From the human T2T-CHM13v2.0 reference genome, Homo sapiens: 64,000 bases of DNA. The stretch lies in the NCBI RefSeq assembly GCF_009914755.1, contig NC_060933.1. The stretch is one strand, 5' to 3'. Positions 48,769 through 62,233 of this stretch are shown here, piece after piece; the first letter of the stretch is position 1; every line of letters starts with the position of its first letter. The position numbers were made by a program, and so were the translations under genes. A model generated the notes under the pieces. The model saw only the letters and a program-made list of their open reading frames with translations. It was not told the DNA's origin and ran no database searches.

Positions 48769-49739
48769 ATTTTTCCTTCATAGATTATTACTAGTTTTCA
48801 GATTAGGAGAAGAGAACAAACTATTTTGTCCAATGTAATTTTCAGAACTACATTAATATTATGTGTAGTATATATATGAATGTATCAATATCTATAGTTA
48901 TAGCTGTCTATATACATATATACATTTATGTAACACCTCTCATTTGTGTATAATGTTATTGCAGTTACTGGTGAGAGTACAATGTACAAAGACAGAAGAA
49001 AGGGTCTTTGCTTCCAAGTTGGAAATGTTAACACCAGTAATCTTTTTAATAAATATATTTCTCCATTGACATAATATTCATTTATAGGTGTTTACCTTTT
49101 GAATTTAAAATGTGTGTTTAAAGAATCTGTATAAGTCAATGAAAATGAATAATTTTACTTTTCTATATGCTGAAAGATCCACTGGTTCTAAGGTAGAGAG
49201 TTTTGAACAGAGTTTGGAACTTATTGAATACGAATTGGAATATATTGAATATGAACATTACTAAATATATACAGGTATAAATTCTATAACCACTTAGAGA
49301 AGAAAGGAAAAAACTGTCACATGGGTGAATGGACTCAATGACCTCAATCCATTGTTCTATTCCATTGTTCTAACTAGAACATAATAGCATTGTTATTGAA
49401 TACCTGTGTACTGATCACCTGACAAATAATTCAAATTTGATATTAATAGTGAGAAAATTAAGGATAATAATTTTATGTTTTTTTAAATGGTTCAATATCT
49501 TTCAATCACCAACTACATAAATCATGAAGAACATTTCATTAGGGAAGCTGAAGAGCCTGGCGTATGGTTGTACATCTCACTTCCAGAGACTGGTAAATTC
49601 ACTTATCGTATCTATTAATTACCTACATGTAGGGCAAATTTTACAAGTAGAAAAAAATTAAGCACCATGTTGGCAATCAGTCCAGTGGAAATTGAGTGTG
49701 AAATAAAGATGTTTCATTCCATCAAGTTTAAGGAATTAA

Positions 49740-50091
<352 letters not shown>

Positions 50092-50817
50092 TTACATTGT
50101 TTTTTTTTTTTAAATAATAATTGAAATTGTTTTAACAGCCATTTCAAAATAATTAAAATAAATCCTCTTCATACATAAAAGATAATGAACAGGGCAAGAA
50201 GATGCCATGCTAATTTTCTTTTTCTGGGTAGATTATTTTTTTAATGGTCAGAAGAAACCTGCACTCTTATCTCCTATTTTCAGCTAACTCTTACCTTTTG
50301 CCTCCCAGCTTTCTGATACTACAAATCCAGCAGCATATCCTCATTGTCAGACGAGAAACTTGAAAGGGATTTCATATGGTGAAAACAGTTAGATAACTCT
50401 TGAGGACAAAATGGCAATGTAAAAATATCCTCCTCCAGCTTTGCCAGTACACAAAAAATCTAGGTCATTTTATTCAGCGGGAGAAGTTATTAGAAGAACT
50501 CCTCTCATTTCCTCCACAAAAAAAAAAAAAAAAAAAAAAGCAACCTCACAAAATTTAATGACCTGCGAATTCTCCTCTGGGGAAGGTACCATGCCCTAGA
50601 CATTTCATTAAATATATATGTACTGTTACTAAGACTTTAAAAATCTGATGATTGAAAACACATTACAAAAATAACATAATAAAGATATTCAAACATCTAA
50701 CAATTAACCAATATATGCCAAACAAAATGTTTGGCAGAATTTTAAATGAACAGAAATTGAGCCAACTCCATTTTTAAATAACTTCTTAGAGCTGAGTATA
50801 ATGTGTCTTAGCACATA

Positions 50818-53231
50818 GAGGCATACCTCATTTTATCATGCTTCACAGCTATTGCATTTTTTTATAAACTGATGTTTCTGGTAAGTCTGTATTGAGCAAG
50901 TCCATCAGTGCCAATTTTGCAATAGCATGTGCTCAACTCATCCCTGTGTCACATTTTGGTAATTCTCTTAAAATTTCCAACTTTATTATTATTATTATTA
51001 TATCTGTTACGGTGATTTGTGATCAGAGAATCTTTGATGTTACTATTGTCATTGTTTCGGGGACTCATAAACCATGTCCATATAAAACAGTAAACTTGAT
51101 TAACTAATGTTATGTGTGTTCCGACTGTTCCAAAGTCCTGCATCCCCCCATCAATTTCCCTCTCCTCAGGCTCCCCTATTCCCTGAGACACTACAATATT
51201 AACATTAGCCTAATTACCAAAAACCACCTATGCCCCCAAAACTAGAGAAATACAAAAATTAGTCCAGTTAATAATTCAACAATGGCCTCTAAGTATTCAA
51301 GTAAAAGGAAGAGTCCCATATCCCTCCATTTAAATCAAAAGCTAGAAATGATTAAGCTTAGTGAGGAAAGCATGTCAAAAGCCAAGACAGCCCAAAAACT
51401 AGGCCTCTTGTGCCAGTTTGTCAAGTTGTAAATGCAAAGGAAGAGTTATTGAAGCAAAAGTGCTACTCCAGTGAACACACGGATAATAAGATAGCAAAAC
51501 AACCTTATTGCTGATATGAAGTAAATTGTGGTGGTCTACATAGAAAATCAAACCAACCACATTTCCTTAAGCCAAGCCCTAAACCAGAGCACAAACCTAA
51601 CTCTCTTAATCCTACAAAGACTAAGAAAGGTGATGAAGCTGAAGAAGAAAATCTTGAAACTAGCAGAGGTTGGTTCATGAGGTTTAAGGAAAGAAGCCAT
51701 CTCCATAACATAAAAGTGCAAGGTGAAGCAGCAAGTGCTGATGTAGAAGCTACGGCAAGTTATCCAGAAGATCTAGCTAAGATACTTAATGGAATTGGCT
51801 ACACTCACCAATAGATTTTTAATTAAGAAGAAACAGACTTCTATTGGAAGAAGCATACCATCTTAGACCTTCATAGCTAGAGAAGGGAAGTCGATGCTTG
51901 GCTTCAAAGCTTCCAAGGACAGGTTGACTCTCTTGCTAGGAGCTAATGCAGCTGGTGACTTTAAGTTGAAGCTAATTCTCATTTACCATTCCCCATATCC
52001 TAGGGCCCATTAGAATTATGTTAAATCTACTCTGCCTGTGTTCTATAAATGGAACAACAAAGCCTAGATGACAGCACATCTGTTTACAGCACAGTAAATA
52101 GAATATTTTTAAACCCACTGTTGAGACCACCCTGCTCAGAGAAAAACAGATTCCTTTCTAAATATGACTGCTTATTGACAATGCATCTAGTTGCCAAGGT
52201 GCAAGAAGATTAATGTTGTTTTATGCCCAGTAACACAACATGTAGCCTATGGATCAAGGAGTAAATTTTTACTTTCAAGTCATTATTTTAGAAATACAGT
52301 TCATAAGGCTGTAGCTTCCATAGATAGTGATTCTTCTGATAGATCTGGGAAAAGTGCACTGAAAACCTTCCGGAAAGGATTCACCATTCTAGATGCCATT
52401 AAGAACATTTGTGACTCATGGGAGCAGATCACAGTATCAACATGAACAGTAGATTGGAAAAAGTAGGTTCCAACTCTCACAGATGACTTTCAGGGTTCAA
52501 GATTTCCATGGATGAAGTTACTACAGAGGTGGTGGAAACAGCAAAAGAACTAGAATTAGAAATGGATCCCGAATATGTGACTGAATTGCTGGAATGTCAC
52601 GTTAAAGACTGAATTGGTGAGGAGTTGCTTCTTGTGGATGAGCCGAGGAAGTGGTTTCTTGAGGTGGGATCTACTCCTGGTGAAGATGTAGCGAACATTT
52701 TTCAAAAGACAATAAATGATTAGAATATTCCATAAACTTAGTAAATAAAGCAGTGGCAGGATTTGAGAGGATTGTCTCCAATTTTGAAAGAATGTCTACT
52801 ATAGTCAAAGTGCCATCAGAGAGCATTGCATGCTGCAGAGAAATCCTTCGTGAAAATCTGAGACAATCAATGCAACAAAATCATTGTTATTTTAAGACAC
52901 TGCCACAGCCATCCACCCTAACCTTCGACAACCACCACCCAGATTAGTCAAAAGCAATTAGCATGGTGGCGGGACCCTACACTGGCAAGAAATTATGACC
53001 GACTGATGGGATAGATGACTGTTAGAATTTTTAGCAATAAAGTATTTGTAATAAAGTTATGTACATTGTTTTTATAAACATAATGCTATTGCACAATTAA
53101 TAGGCTACAGTATAGTTTAGTCATAATCATTATATGAAATGGGGAACCAAAAAATATGTACAATGTGCTTTTTTGCAATATTTGCTTTATTGCAGTGGTC
53201 TAGAACCTGCACTCTCTCTGAGGTATGTCTG
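50818..53231 (+). mobile_element. Near full-length Tigger1 (Tc1/mariner-pogo DNA transposon)
   Basis: Terminal inverted repeats GAGGCATACCTC...GAGGTATGTCTG, each flanked by TA; about 2.4 kb; contains transposase remnants. Confidence 0.95.
51282..53000 (+). pseudogene. Disrupted Tigger1 transposase (CENP-B/pogo family, TIGD1-related)
   Basis: Begins MASKYSSKRKSPISLHLNQKLEMIKLSEESMSKA; later fragments LKTFRKGFTILDAIKNICDSWE and AGFERIVSNFER; many frameshifts and stops; end approximate. Confidence 0.88.
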
Positions 53232-54858
53232 TATGGTCTTTTTGATCCATAAGTACACAAACTTTTAGGGAAGGGATGTATACATATGTGTATATCCACA
53301 CACTCATAGATGGATATAATATTTAAGGAAAACAGGGAGATTAGGTGTGAAGGAAAGGTACTGGTGGTACCTGACTTCAAATACCGAAAGGTTTGGTCTT
53401 CCTGACTTACCTCCTCCCAGTGCTACTCCATAGGCAGTGGATATTGAAGGAATTGTGCCTTTAACACTAAGGAGTCTCTGAAGGGACTATTCTTTGTAAA
53501 CTAATGCCAGGGCCAATATCTGCAAAAACTTGGGGCAGTAAAATATGAGGCTCTGAATACACAGCCCTCAAGTGTGTGGTGTGGACATCACAAGCGTCCT
53601 CTTCAGTGGTGCTTATATATGATAATTCAGAATTTGCACAAAGCTTTTGAGAGGTGCTTTTCTATTAAAGGCTGAGAAAGCCTGTTTTATTTTTTAAGAC
53701 CTCTCACCACATGGTGTAATTTCCAAAAGCTTGAACTTTCTAAAGGAATAAACAAACCTGATTACTTACCTATGTCAGAATGTTTGGAATTTGTGCCTCT
53801 TAAAAGTAATAGCAATAAAGGTGAATCCAGATTTTACAGAAAGGACTGATGTACTGAGAGAAGCTTATAACTCTGAAAGCACCAACTGTGACCTACTGGG
53901 AAGGGTAGACTCAACCTGAACCATCATATAATGTTTTACTTTATTTTCAATATGATGATACAGGTTCAAGAATAATTTCAGTTTTCAGACTGAAAACTGA
54001 GAAAGAAACTGAGGGTTCTTTCAGTCTGAGAACCCTCAATTTTGATGAAATTAGCACAGTAAAGCTGAACTTTTAAAAAAGTTGAAAATAAAAAATTAAG
54101 GCATAAATAGAAATATTAATTATTTTATAGCATAAATACAACAGTGTTCATCTAAGAAGGGTATTTCCTAAATGAGAAGCTAGGTTTTTAATCATAATTT
54201 TTATTAATGTTCTGTGAGGGGGTTCATAAATAAGTATATAATATGAAGTACTAGTTTACAATCAATTTTTTGATGAAATATTCCTCTTACAGCCAAACAC
54301 CTGTTTCACGTTTGTTGGATGTATAATTAATGCAGCCTAATGAACATGCTTCATCAAAATTTCTCTGTGGTTGAAAAATAAAATCAGAGTGGTAGGTCTT
54401 GCCAATTAGAACATTTGGGAAATATACATTAAAATGTTTTAAGTACATATCGTGATGTTTTAATTTAAGGCAGAGTGTGCCTAGATTGCAAAATCCTATA
54501 TGAAATCACGTAACAAATGCTACGATTTACCACTACATAGTACCACGTATAATCAACACTTGTGTTGCCTGCCTGGATTCTCTAGAAGGCATGTGTATTT
54601 CCTGCATGCCTTGATATATTAGGTGTCTATGACAAAGCAACTGTCCCAAGCAACACTTCTCCTAGCTCAGCAAGTCTCCTACTGTTCCCACTTCAGTCTT
54701 TTCTTTCCTCAGCCATGCCCTGCAATCATAATGAAGGCATTCATCCTTCTGACAATAAGTCTGACTTCAACCCTTTAATATAAACAAGCAGGTAGAACTG
54801 TAAGAAAAAATATCTTTCTAATAAAATACCCCCAATATTTTTCAAGTATATTTATCTG

Positions 54859-54900
<42 letters not shown>

Positions 54901-54957
54901 CAGAAAGAAAGGGAGAGAGAGAGAGAGAGAGAAATAAAGAGAGAGAGAGAGAGAGAA
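54859..54957. repeat. Compound (TA)n(GA)n microsatellite / polypurine tract
   Basis: Seen directly. Confidence 0.93.
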
Positions 54958-55162
54958 AGCGGCTCTAATATGTTTGTTTACAGGTGAAATTTTATATAAA
55001 TGGCTATTGATTCTCTTTATGATTACTTTTGAAAATAAATGATGTGTCCATTGATAGAAGTAAAAAGTCAAACATAATGCTGGTAATTTTGATTTCAGGG
55101 GCCTAACTATATATTCTAGATACCAAAAACTTTTATCATTTAATTAATAAAATGTAAAATGC

Positions 55163-55499
55163 TCATTCAGTGTGTTTGGGCTGCCATAAAAAAAGGTCAC
55201 AGGTATGATGGCTTAAACAACCGAAATATATTTTCTCTCAGTTCTGCAAGCTAGAAGTCCAAGATGATGGTGCCAACATGGTCAGTTTAAGCTAAGGGTG
55301 GTTCTCTGGCTTGCAGAAGGTGTCCGTCTTATAAGTCCTCACGTGAACTTTCCTTGGTACATGCACAGATTTCCCACACTCTCTCTTTCTTCCTCTTCTA
55401 AGGCCACCGATCCTATAGAAAGGCCTCATCTCCAGATGCAGTTACATAAGGGAATCAACATGTAAATTTGATGTGTTAGGAGCCGTTCAATCCTTAGCA
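55163..55499 (-). mobile_element. MaLR solo LTR (MLT1A-like)
   Basis: GGGCTGCCATAA...GGCTTAAACAAC...TCTCAGTTCTGCAAGCTAGAAGTCCAAGAT, the reverse MLT1 terminus. Confidence 0.82.
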
Positions 55500-57000
55500 T
55501 GTTCCAAAGAAACTAGGCACTTGGGAGCATCTATCACACCACTACCTGCAAGATTTACATTTGTTCGGAGGCAGCGCAAAATGTGGAGGCAGTTCTAAAT
55601 TTAAAGTCATTGTGTTTGATACATAGTTTACTGTACGATAAGTTTATTACTAGTTTTATTTTTTAATTTTAAGCAACTACATCTGAAACATACACATGCT
55701 AACATGGTATGTCTATGTATCTATAACTTAATAAAATAGGAAAATGAAATTATCCTAACACCATAAGCCATAAAATAAAAATATTTTTCAGAAAAAAAAA
55801 ATCATTGCATTAACAGACCAAATCCTTTATGAAGTCAATGTTGTATTCCGTCAAAAATCTTTAAAAGAAATACATTTTTCAATAAGGATATGTGTTGCCA
55901 TTGAGAGCACATAGTCTCTTCAGCATTTGGATTCAGCATATATTGCAGCAGTCAACCATTTTTCAGTTAAGAGGAGTGTTTTATCCCCTAGTAACGTATA
56001 ATCTCACTTTGAGAAGAGAAAATCGAGTTCATGGACAACTACTAAAAACAGTTTTCAATTAAATTCATACTATTATAGGCTATTTTTATTTCATTTTTAC
56101 ATTGTAAAAGAAGGTACCTGTTACTGTTTTTAAATCATAGCTACAGGTGAATTTAAAAAGATAGGGGTAAATTGTAAAAACAAACCAAAATATGATGCTA
56201 AAAAAAAAAGCAAAATAAGTGTAATATATTCTTGGTGGGCTCATAGTAGGGTAGATCACAACACTAAGACCTATATCATATGTTTCTTCTCTGCAGACAA
56301 ATGCTTCGGTTTCTATTTTCAGGGTAGTGGTCTTTATTTTCTCTCAAATGATATTATCAGGAAGAAGTATTATTTTGACAGTTCTTTTATTCCAAGAGAA
56401 TAAAGTTAGTACATTTATCCAAATTATTATTTAATTTCCCAGGATTCTAGTTATCAGATTTGTCAAGCCATATAAAATATGAAATTCATAAATATTTCTA
56501 ATATTTCTTTTCACAAATTTCTGAAGAAGCCCTGCAATAATAACATTAGAAACATGTAGATATATTTCAGATAAAAGTCTCCCTATATAATGGTTGAACA
56601 GGATGCCACAATGCAAAGAATGGCAGAGAATTTTCACCTGCTTAGTGTTGGTATTCTAATCTTGCTCAGAGTACTTTTTCTATACCAAGCCACCCAATCA
56701 TTATATACTCAGTACAAATTACAGATGATATGAAAATTAATCCAACAAAAACTTAAGATTTCAGGGCACAACCTAAACAACTGTAATTGATTTATAGTTT
56801 CTAATCACATAGTTCTAAGTTGATGTTATTTGCTTCTTGCTTTAGGCAAGCTCTTTATTGTCTTACTTCAGAGTCTTGAGGAAATAAACTCATTTAGAAA
56901 TCATAAAATTAAATTATGAATAAAAATATTCTCCACACATATCCAGAAAGCTTGAGCCATCAATTTTCACAAGTCAGGGAAGGATCCACAAAGATTTTCA

Positions 57001-57002
<2 letters not shown>

Positions 57003-57036
<34 letters not shown>
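57003..57036. repeat. (GT)n microsatellite
   Basis: About 17 perfect units. Confidence 0.95.
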
Positions 57037-57038
<2 letters not shown>

Positions 57039-57191
57039 TTTCCCTGAAAAACTGATACATTGAAGAATCCATCTGCCATTGAGTCATCACAGGGTTCTCG
57101 CTTTCCACTTTGTTTTTACATTTGTTCTTCGCCCACTTAACAAAAAGTAAAGCCCACTTCTCAAACATCCTGTGTTAAATGCATTGCCCTA

Positions 57192-57405
57192 ATACTGTGC
57201 TATCCAAGACATAGTTACTAACCTCATGCGGTTATTTACATTTAAATTAATTAAAAGTAAATAAGGTTAAAAATTCAGCTTATCAGCCTACTGCCCACAT
57301 TTCAATTTACTCAGTAGACTTATCTGACCTAGTGGGTGTTGTATTAAGCAGTGAAGATTAGAACATTCCTGCTGTCATAGAAAGTTCTTTTGAAAAACAC
57401 TGTTC
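57192..57405. mobile_element. MER3-like hAT-Charlie fossil
   Basis: TTTAAATTAATTAAAAGTAAATAAGGTTAAAAATTCAG...TAGAACATTCCTGCTGTCATAGAAAGTTCT. Confidence 0.75.
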
Positions 57406-59484
57406 TAAGATATAAAGTCTCTCTGAGGGGCAACACTGCCAACTATAGGTCAATACCAACTAAGTCTTTGAAGAATAAAATAGCGCATTTCATTCAGATG
57501 AAGTTCTGTTGAGAAATAAAAGGAAATGAAAATTAAAGGAGAAAATCATGTACTCTTTCTGACAATAATTTCTTGGGCACATATTTCAAAAATGGATGAT
57601 TGTGAGTATAATATTGCTAAAGTGTGGCTATATCATTGAACGCATTTTTAAGTATAATAATTATTTCTAAATAAACATGTTATAATTACTGAAAATCATA
57701 CCCATGCCAATTTCATCTTATAAGGAAAATGATAGATTTGAGAATAAATAAGTAAAAGGATGTACATGTTTTAAAAAATTATTTCAGGAGCTTATAAGGA
57801 GAATATTTTGAAGGTAGTTATACAAAACTCCTTTTGGTTCTCACACCAGAAATCTCTTATAACCAATCTCTTCATTCTCTGATATTCCTAATAAGTTTCC
57901 ACACAGTACCCTCCTTACTCCTGTTCTTTAATTTAATTATCTTTCAATACCCTTTACATAAAAGAGTTACCCAAATTTTAAAACAATTTCTTCCACCCAC
58001 CCCTACTGGCAATAGATACAGTATTGAGGTTCCTTAAAGTTACAGTAGTGCAGTAGAGAAGAAGGAAATTTTATTAACTTGTCGATTCTCAATGAGAGAA
58101 TTGCCAAGCAAACCTCAGAAAGAAGGGAATGGCTAAGGCAAGCATAATATGTGTCTGTGAGGAAAAGCTTCATTATCTATGTGTTCATCCTCATCTGCAG
58201 ATGGCAACAAATTGAGGAACATGGGTCCAGAAATCCAGTTTCTCCTTTCTAACTACTATTCTTATTCTTCTTAGCCTGCTCCAAGGAGTCTTATTTAATA
58301 TAAATGTACAATTGAAAAGCAACTCTATTTACTTAAGATAGCTCTCACCAACTTCAGAGTAATAAATTAGACAAAAGACAAATACAATTGGAAAGAGTTA
58401 TTTATCACCAGGCTATGGTGTGAATAGATAGAAACTAAGAATAAACAATTAAATTGATTTCAGGCTTTGCCATTTCTCTTCATTTCTTTAAAACAGATAA
58501 ATATGCTCGCAAGTCTGCTCATGCCTCCCACTACAGAGGCAGGGGCATTCATGACTCAGTTTACCACCGATGCAGTAAAGAACAGCCTCAAACAGCCCGT
58601 CTCAAACAAATGAGATAAGAGACTAGGTAACAATAATTAGTGACACACCTGGGAGGTCTGTTTCAAAACACATGAACTACTGAATACAGATTATGTATTC
58701 AATGATAAAGAGGAACTAAGAATAAAAGCGTAAGCTAATTCCAAATGCATTAGGTAGACTGGAAGAAGACAATTCCAAAGAAAAGCCATAAATGGCTTGT
58801 ACATTGTCATAAAATTTAAAAAGCAACAAGGTTAATACATGTAGAATAGCTTAAAACCACAAAGAACACTAGAGATGTAAACCACTGGAAAATGAAACAA
58901 CAGGAGGTTAATTTGAGAATTTCCCCTAAAATTCAATCAACTTTAAGGACCTACAAATGTAATCACCATAAGAAGATTCACACTGATAATTCTGTTAACA
59001 CTAACTAGAATGATTTGCTTTCTAAGTTTATGTAACAAGTAGAGCCATTATATCAGCAGATGGGATTTTTCTTTAGCAATAATTACTTATGCATATAATT
59101 CATTCTGCCTAGTTCAAGATAATAGTTGCATATTCAATATTTATGGCATTATAAGAAAGATAATTATGTGGCTTTCAAGTGAATTACCCTTGATTATAGT
59201 TTTCTTGTTTTTATATACACTATATTCTAAATAATCCATAGTAAATATTGATAATAATTTAAAAGATTAAAGCTAATCATGACCTAAACCTTCCATTGAT
59301 TCAATTTCCTTTCTCACAAAACCTCAACAAGGATTCTTCACATCATACCCTATAACACACACACACACTGAGTTGAAAGCTCAGCAAGGGCAGGAGCCTG
59401 ATGCAGATCTCTACAGTGAATCCTGCTCTAAATTCCTCCAGAAGAAATGTTTCTTTCTTACTGTTCTCATCATGAGGCCACAGA

Positions 59485-59713
59485 AAGAAGGAGTTAAAAA
59501 CATGGATGCTCCAGGCAGATATCCTGAGTCTGATTCCAAGTTCTACCACAGACCTGCTGTGCATCCGTGCATGAGTTATTCAAACTCTCTGGACCTCCCC
59601 ATCTCCAGTTTCCACATCTGCTAATCTACCTCTTAGGATTGTCAGAGTAAACTGAGTTCACATATATAAATGCTTCAAACAGTACCTGACACATAATCCA
59701 TGCTGCTACTATT
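59485..59713 (+). mobile_element. MIR SINE
   Basis: CAGTTTCCACATCTG core, CTACCTCTTAGGATTGT and ACAGTACCTGACACATA. Confidence 0.75.
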
Positions 59714-60447
59714 AATGTGGAGACCACCTTCATTATAGAACCTGTTACAGTATATTATAACATCTTTTACCACCACAAGAATGTCAAATTTAGGAATATA
59801 TATTCTATTAAAATATATACAAAATATGACATTTGTATCATATGTATACTCAGGGCCTAGCCCAATGGCCAGCACACATTGACAATTGATGCTGTATAAA
59901 TAGATGTTTGATCACCTAAATGGCATGCACATAAGTTGACACACAACTTGTCCAGTAATTTGGGCATTAATTAACATTGGTATATAGCTTGCTTGTATAA
60001 TCCTGACTTCTTCTGAAGGCAGTTGAGATTTAACTGTGAGTGTCTTTAAATATTCTCTAACAATTACTCCTTTATCCATACTATTTCAACAACATTAAAT
60101 GATGTTTTTATAGTTATATATTCATATTAGTTACTCAAGTTTTTAAAAGAAATTAAACATAATTAAAACAGATTTATATCTATATATGTTTGTGTGGATA
60201 GGGTTAGTTTTGTGGTGGATGGAAAAAAGAGAAATTGACTTTTTTAATTAAGAAAAATAGATGTGCCGGAAAAATTTATGGCTTAGGTTTAGTGAAGCTC
60301 CTAGTTTAGTTTCTTTCTTTTTTATTTGTTCATGCTATAAAATAATTCATTTTCATGACAATGAAAGCAAAAAATAGATTTGATCTCCTTGATTTATTTT
60401 AGCTGATGCATTCACATATCTCTTTTAAATGCAAGAACTCAACTATT

Positions 60448-61005
60448 CTAGGATCTAGAACCAGAAATACCATTTGATCCAGCAATCTCATTACTGGGTA
60501 TATACCCAAAGGATTATAAATCATTCTACTATAAAGACACATTCACACGTATGTTTATTGTGGCACTGTTCACAATAGCAAAGACTTGGAACCAACCCAA
60601 TTGCCCATCAAGGTTAGACTGGATAAACAATATGTGGCACATATACACCATGGAATACTATTCAGCCATAAAAAAGAATGAGTTCATGTTTTTTGCAGGG
60701 ACATGGATAAAGCTGGAAACCTTCATTCTCAGTAAACTAACACAGGAACAGAAAACCAAGCACTGCATGTTCTCACTCGTAAGTGGGAGTTGAACAATGA
60801 GAACATATGGGCACAGGGAGGGGAACATCATACACGGGGCCTGTTGGGGGATGGGGGGCAAGGGGAAGGATAGCATTAGGAGAAATACCTAATGTAGATG
60901 ATGGCTTGATGGGTGCAGCAAACCACCATGGCACATATATACGTATGTAACAAAACTGCACGTTCTGCACATGTATCCCAGAATGTAAAGTATAATAATA
61001 ATAAT
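60448..61005 (+). mobile_element. L1PA 3' segment ending in an L1PA7-like terminus with (AAT)n tail
   Basis: ORF2 C-terminus (ORF 60551-60793); 3'UTR GATAGCATTAGGAGAAATACCTAATGTAGATG. Confidence 0.93.
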
Positions 61006-61370
61006 AAAAAGAATGAGTTCATGTCTTTTGCAGGGACATGGATGAAGCTGGAAGCCATCATTCTCAGCAAACTTACACAGAAACACAAAACCAAACACCA
61101 CATGTTCTCACTCATAAGTGGGAGTTGGACAATGAGAACACATGGAAACAAGGAGGGGAACATCACACACTGGGGCCTGTCTTGGGGTGGGGGGCAAGAG
61201 AAGGGAGAGCATTAAGACAAATACCTAAGGCATGTGGTACTTAAGACCTAGACGACAGGTTGTTAGGGGCAGAAAACCACCATGGCCCATGTATACCTAT
61301 GTAACAAACCTGCATGTTCTGCACATGTATCCCAGAACTTAAGATTAAAAAAGTCAATTTAAAAAAAATA
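61006..61370 (+). mobile_element. Second L1PA 3' end (L1PA8-like) directly in tandem
   Basis: Restarts at AAAAGAATGAGTTCATG; 3'UTR GAGAGCATTAAGACAAATACCTAAGGCATGTGG differs from the first copy. Confidence 0.92.
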
Positions 61371-62233
61371 TTGCAGTGATTGACACCCGTACTTAAGAAT
61401 ATTTAGAAAACTGTTTAGACAATACATCTTCTAAAATAAAGTCTATAGTAAAATTATCTTTTTCTTTCAGCCTGAAATTCCTGTGGCCTGATATTAGACT
61501 CAAACTTAATCTATACATCCATGTTAGAGAGTAGGTTTTATACTTAGTTCATTATTTAAAGGTATCCAGTGGCAAAAATAGGAGTGTACCAAATTAGACT
61601 TTTTAGAGGAAAAAAATCTAAAATGATTATAATTTACGAAAAAGTAAGAAATGCAAAAAGTTTAAACCCCATGCAAATGGAGTACATCTTTTTTACAAAC
61701 TCACTTTTGTCTTGCAAAAAGTACATTTTTTTCAGAACAAGTGTTCCCTAATAGCAATTAGCACACTTACCACGTTTTGAATGCTAAGTATTATTGTCAG
61801 AAAAAGAAGTCAATAAAAGGTAGTAACTGATCCCAGTGCTGATTCAGGGAAAGCATACAATGAGCCTGCAATAGTAAGCTGTGTGTGAACATAGCATAGA
61901 GCTCAGGAAATGATGGGACTATGGCAAAATAATAATTAATCATAATGATAATAAGAGCCAGATTAAAAGAACTCTCACAGGCTTAATTTAGGAAATCTGA
62001 CAATCAAAATAAATAATGATGACAGTGAACTATAATGTATTGAACTAGAAGAAAAATTCACATGTTAAAACAGATATCAAATAAATAAATAAATAAACAG
62101 GAGAATAGTGAAAGTTCATCCTTACAGCAGACTACCACTGCTAAATGTAGAAGATATTAGAAAAATGCCCTATTAAATCCACCATAGTTATAATTAATCG
62201 ATACAGACAATGGATGCTAAAATCAGTAGACGA

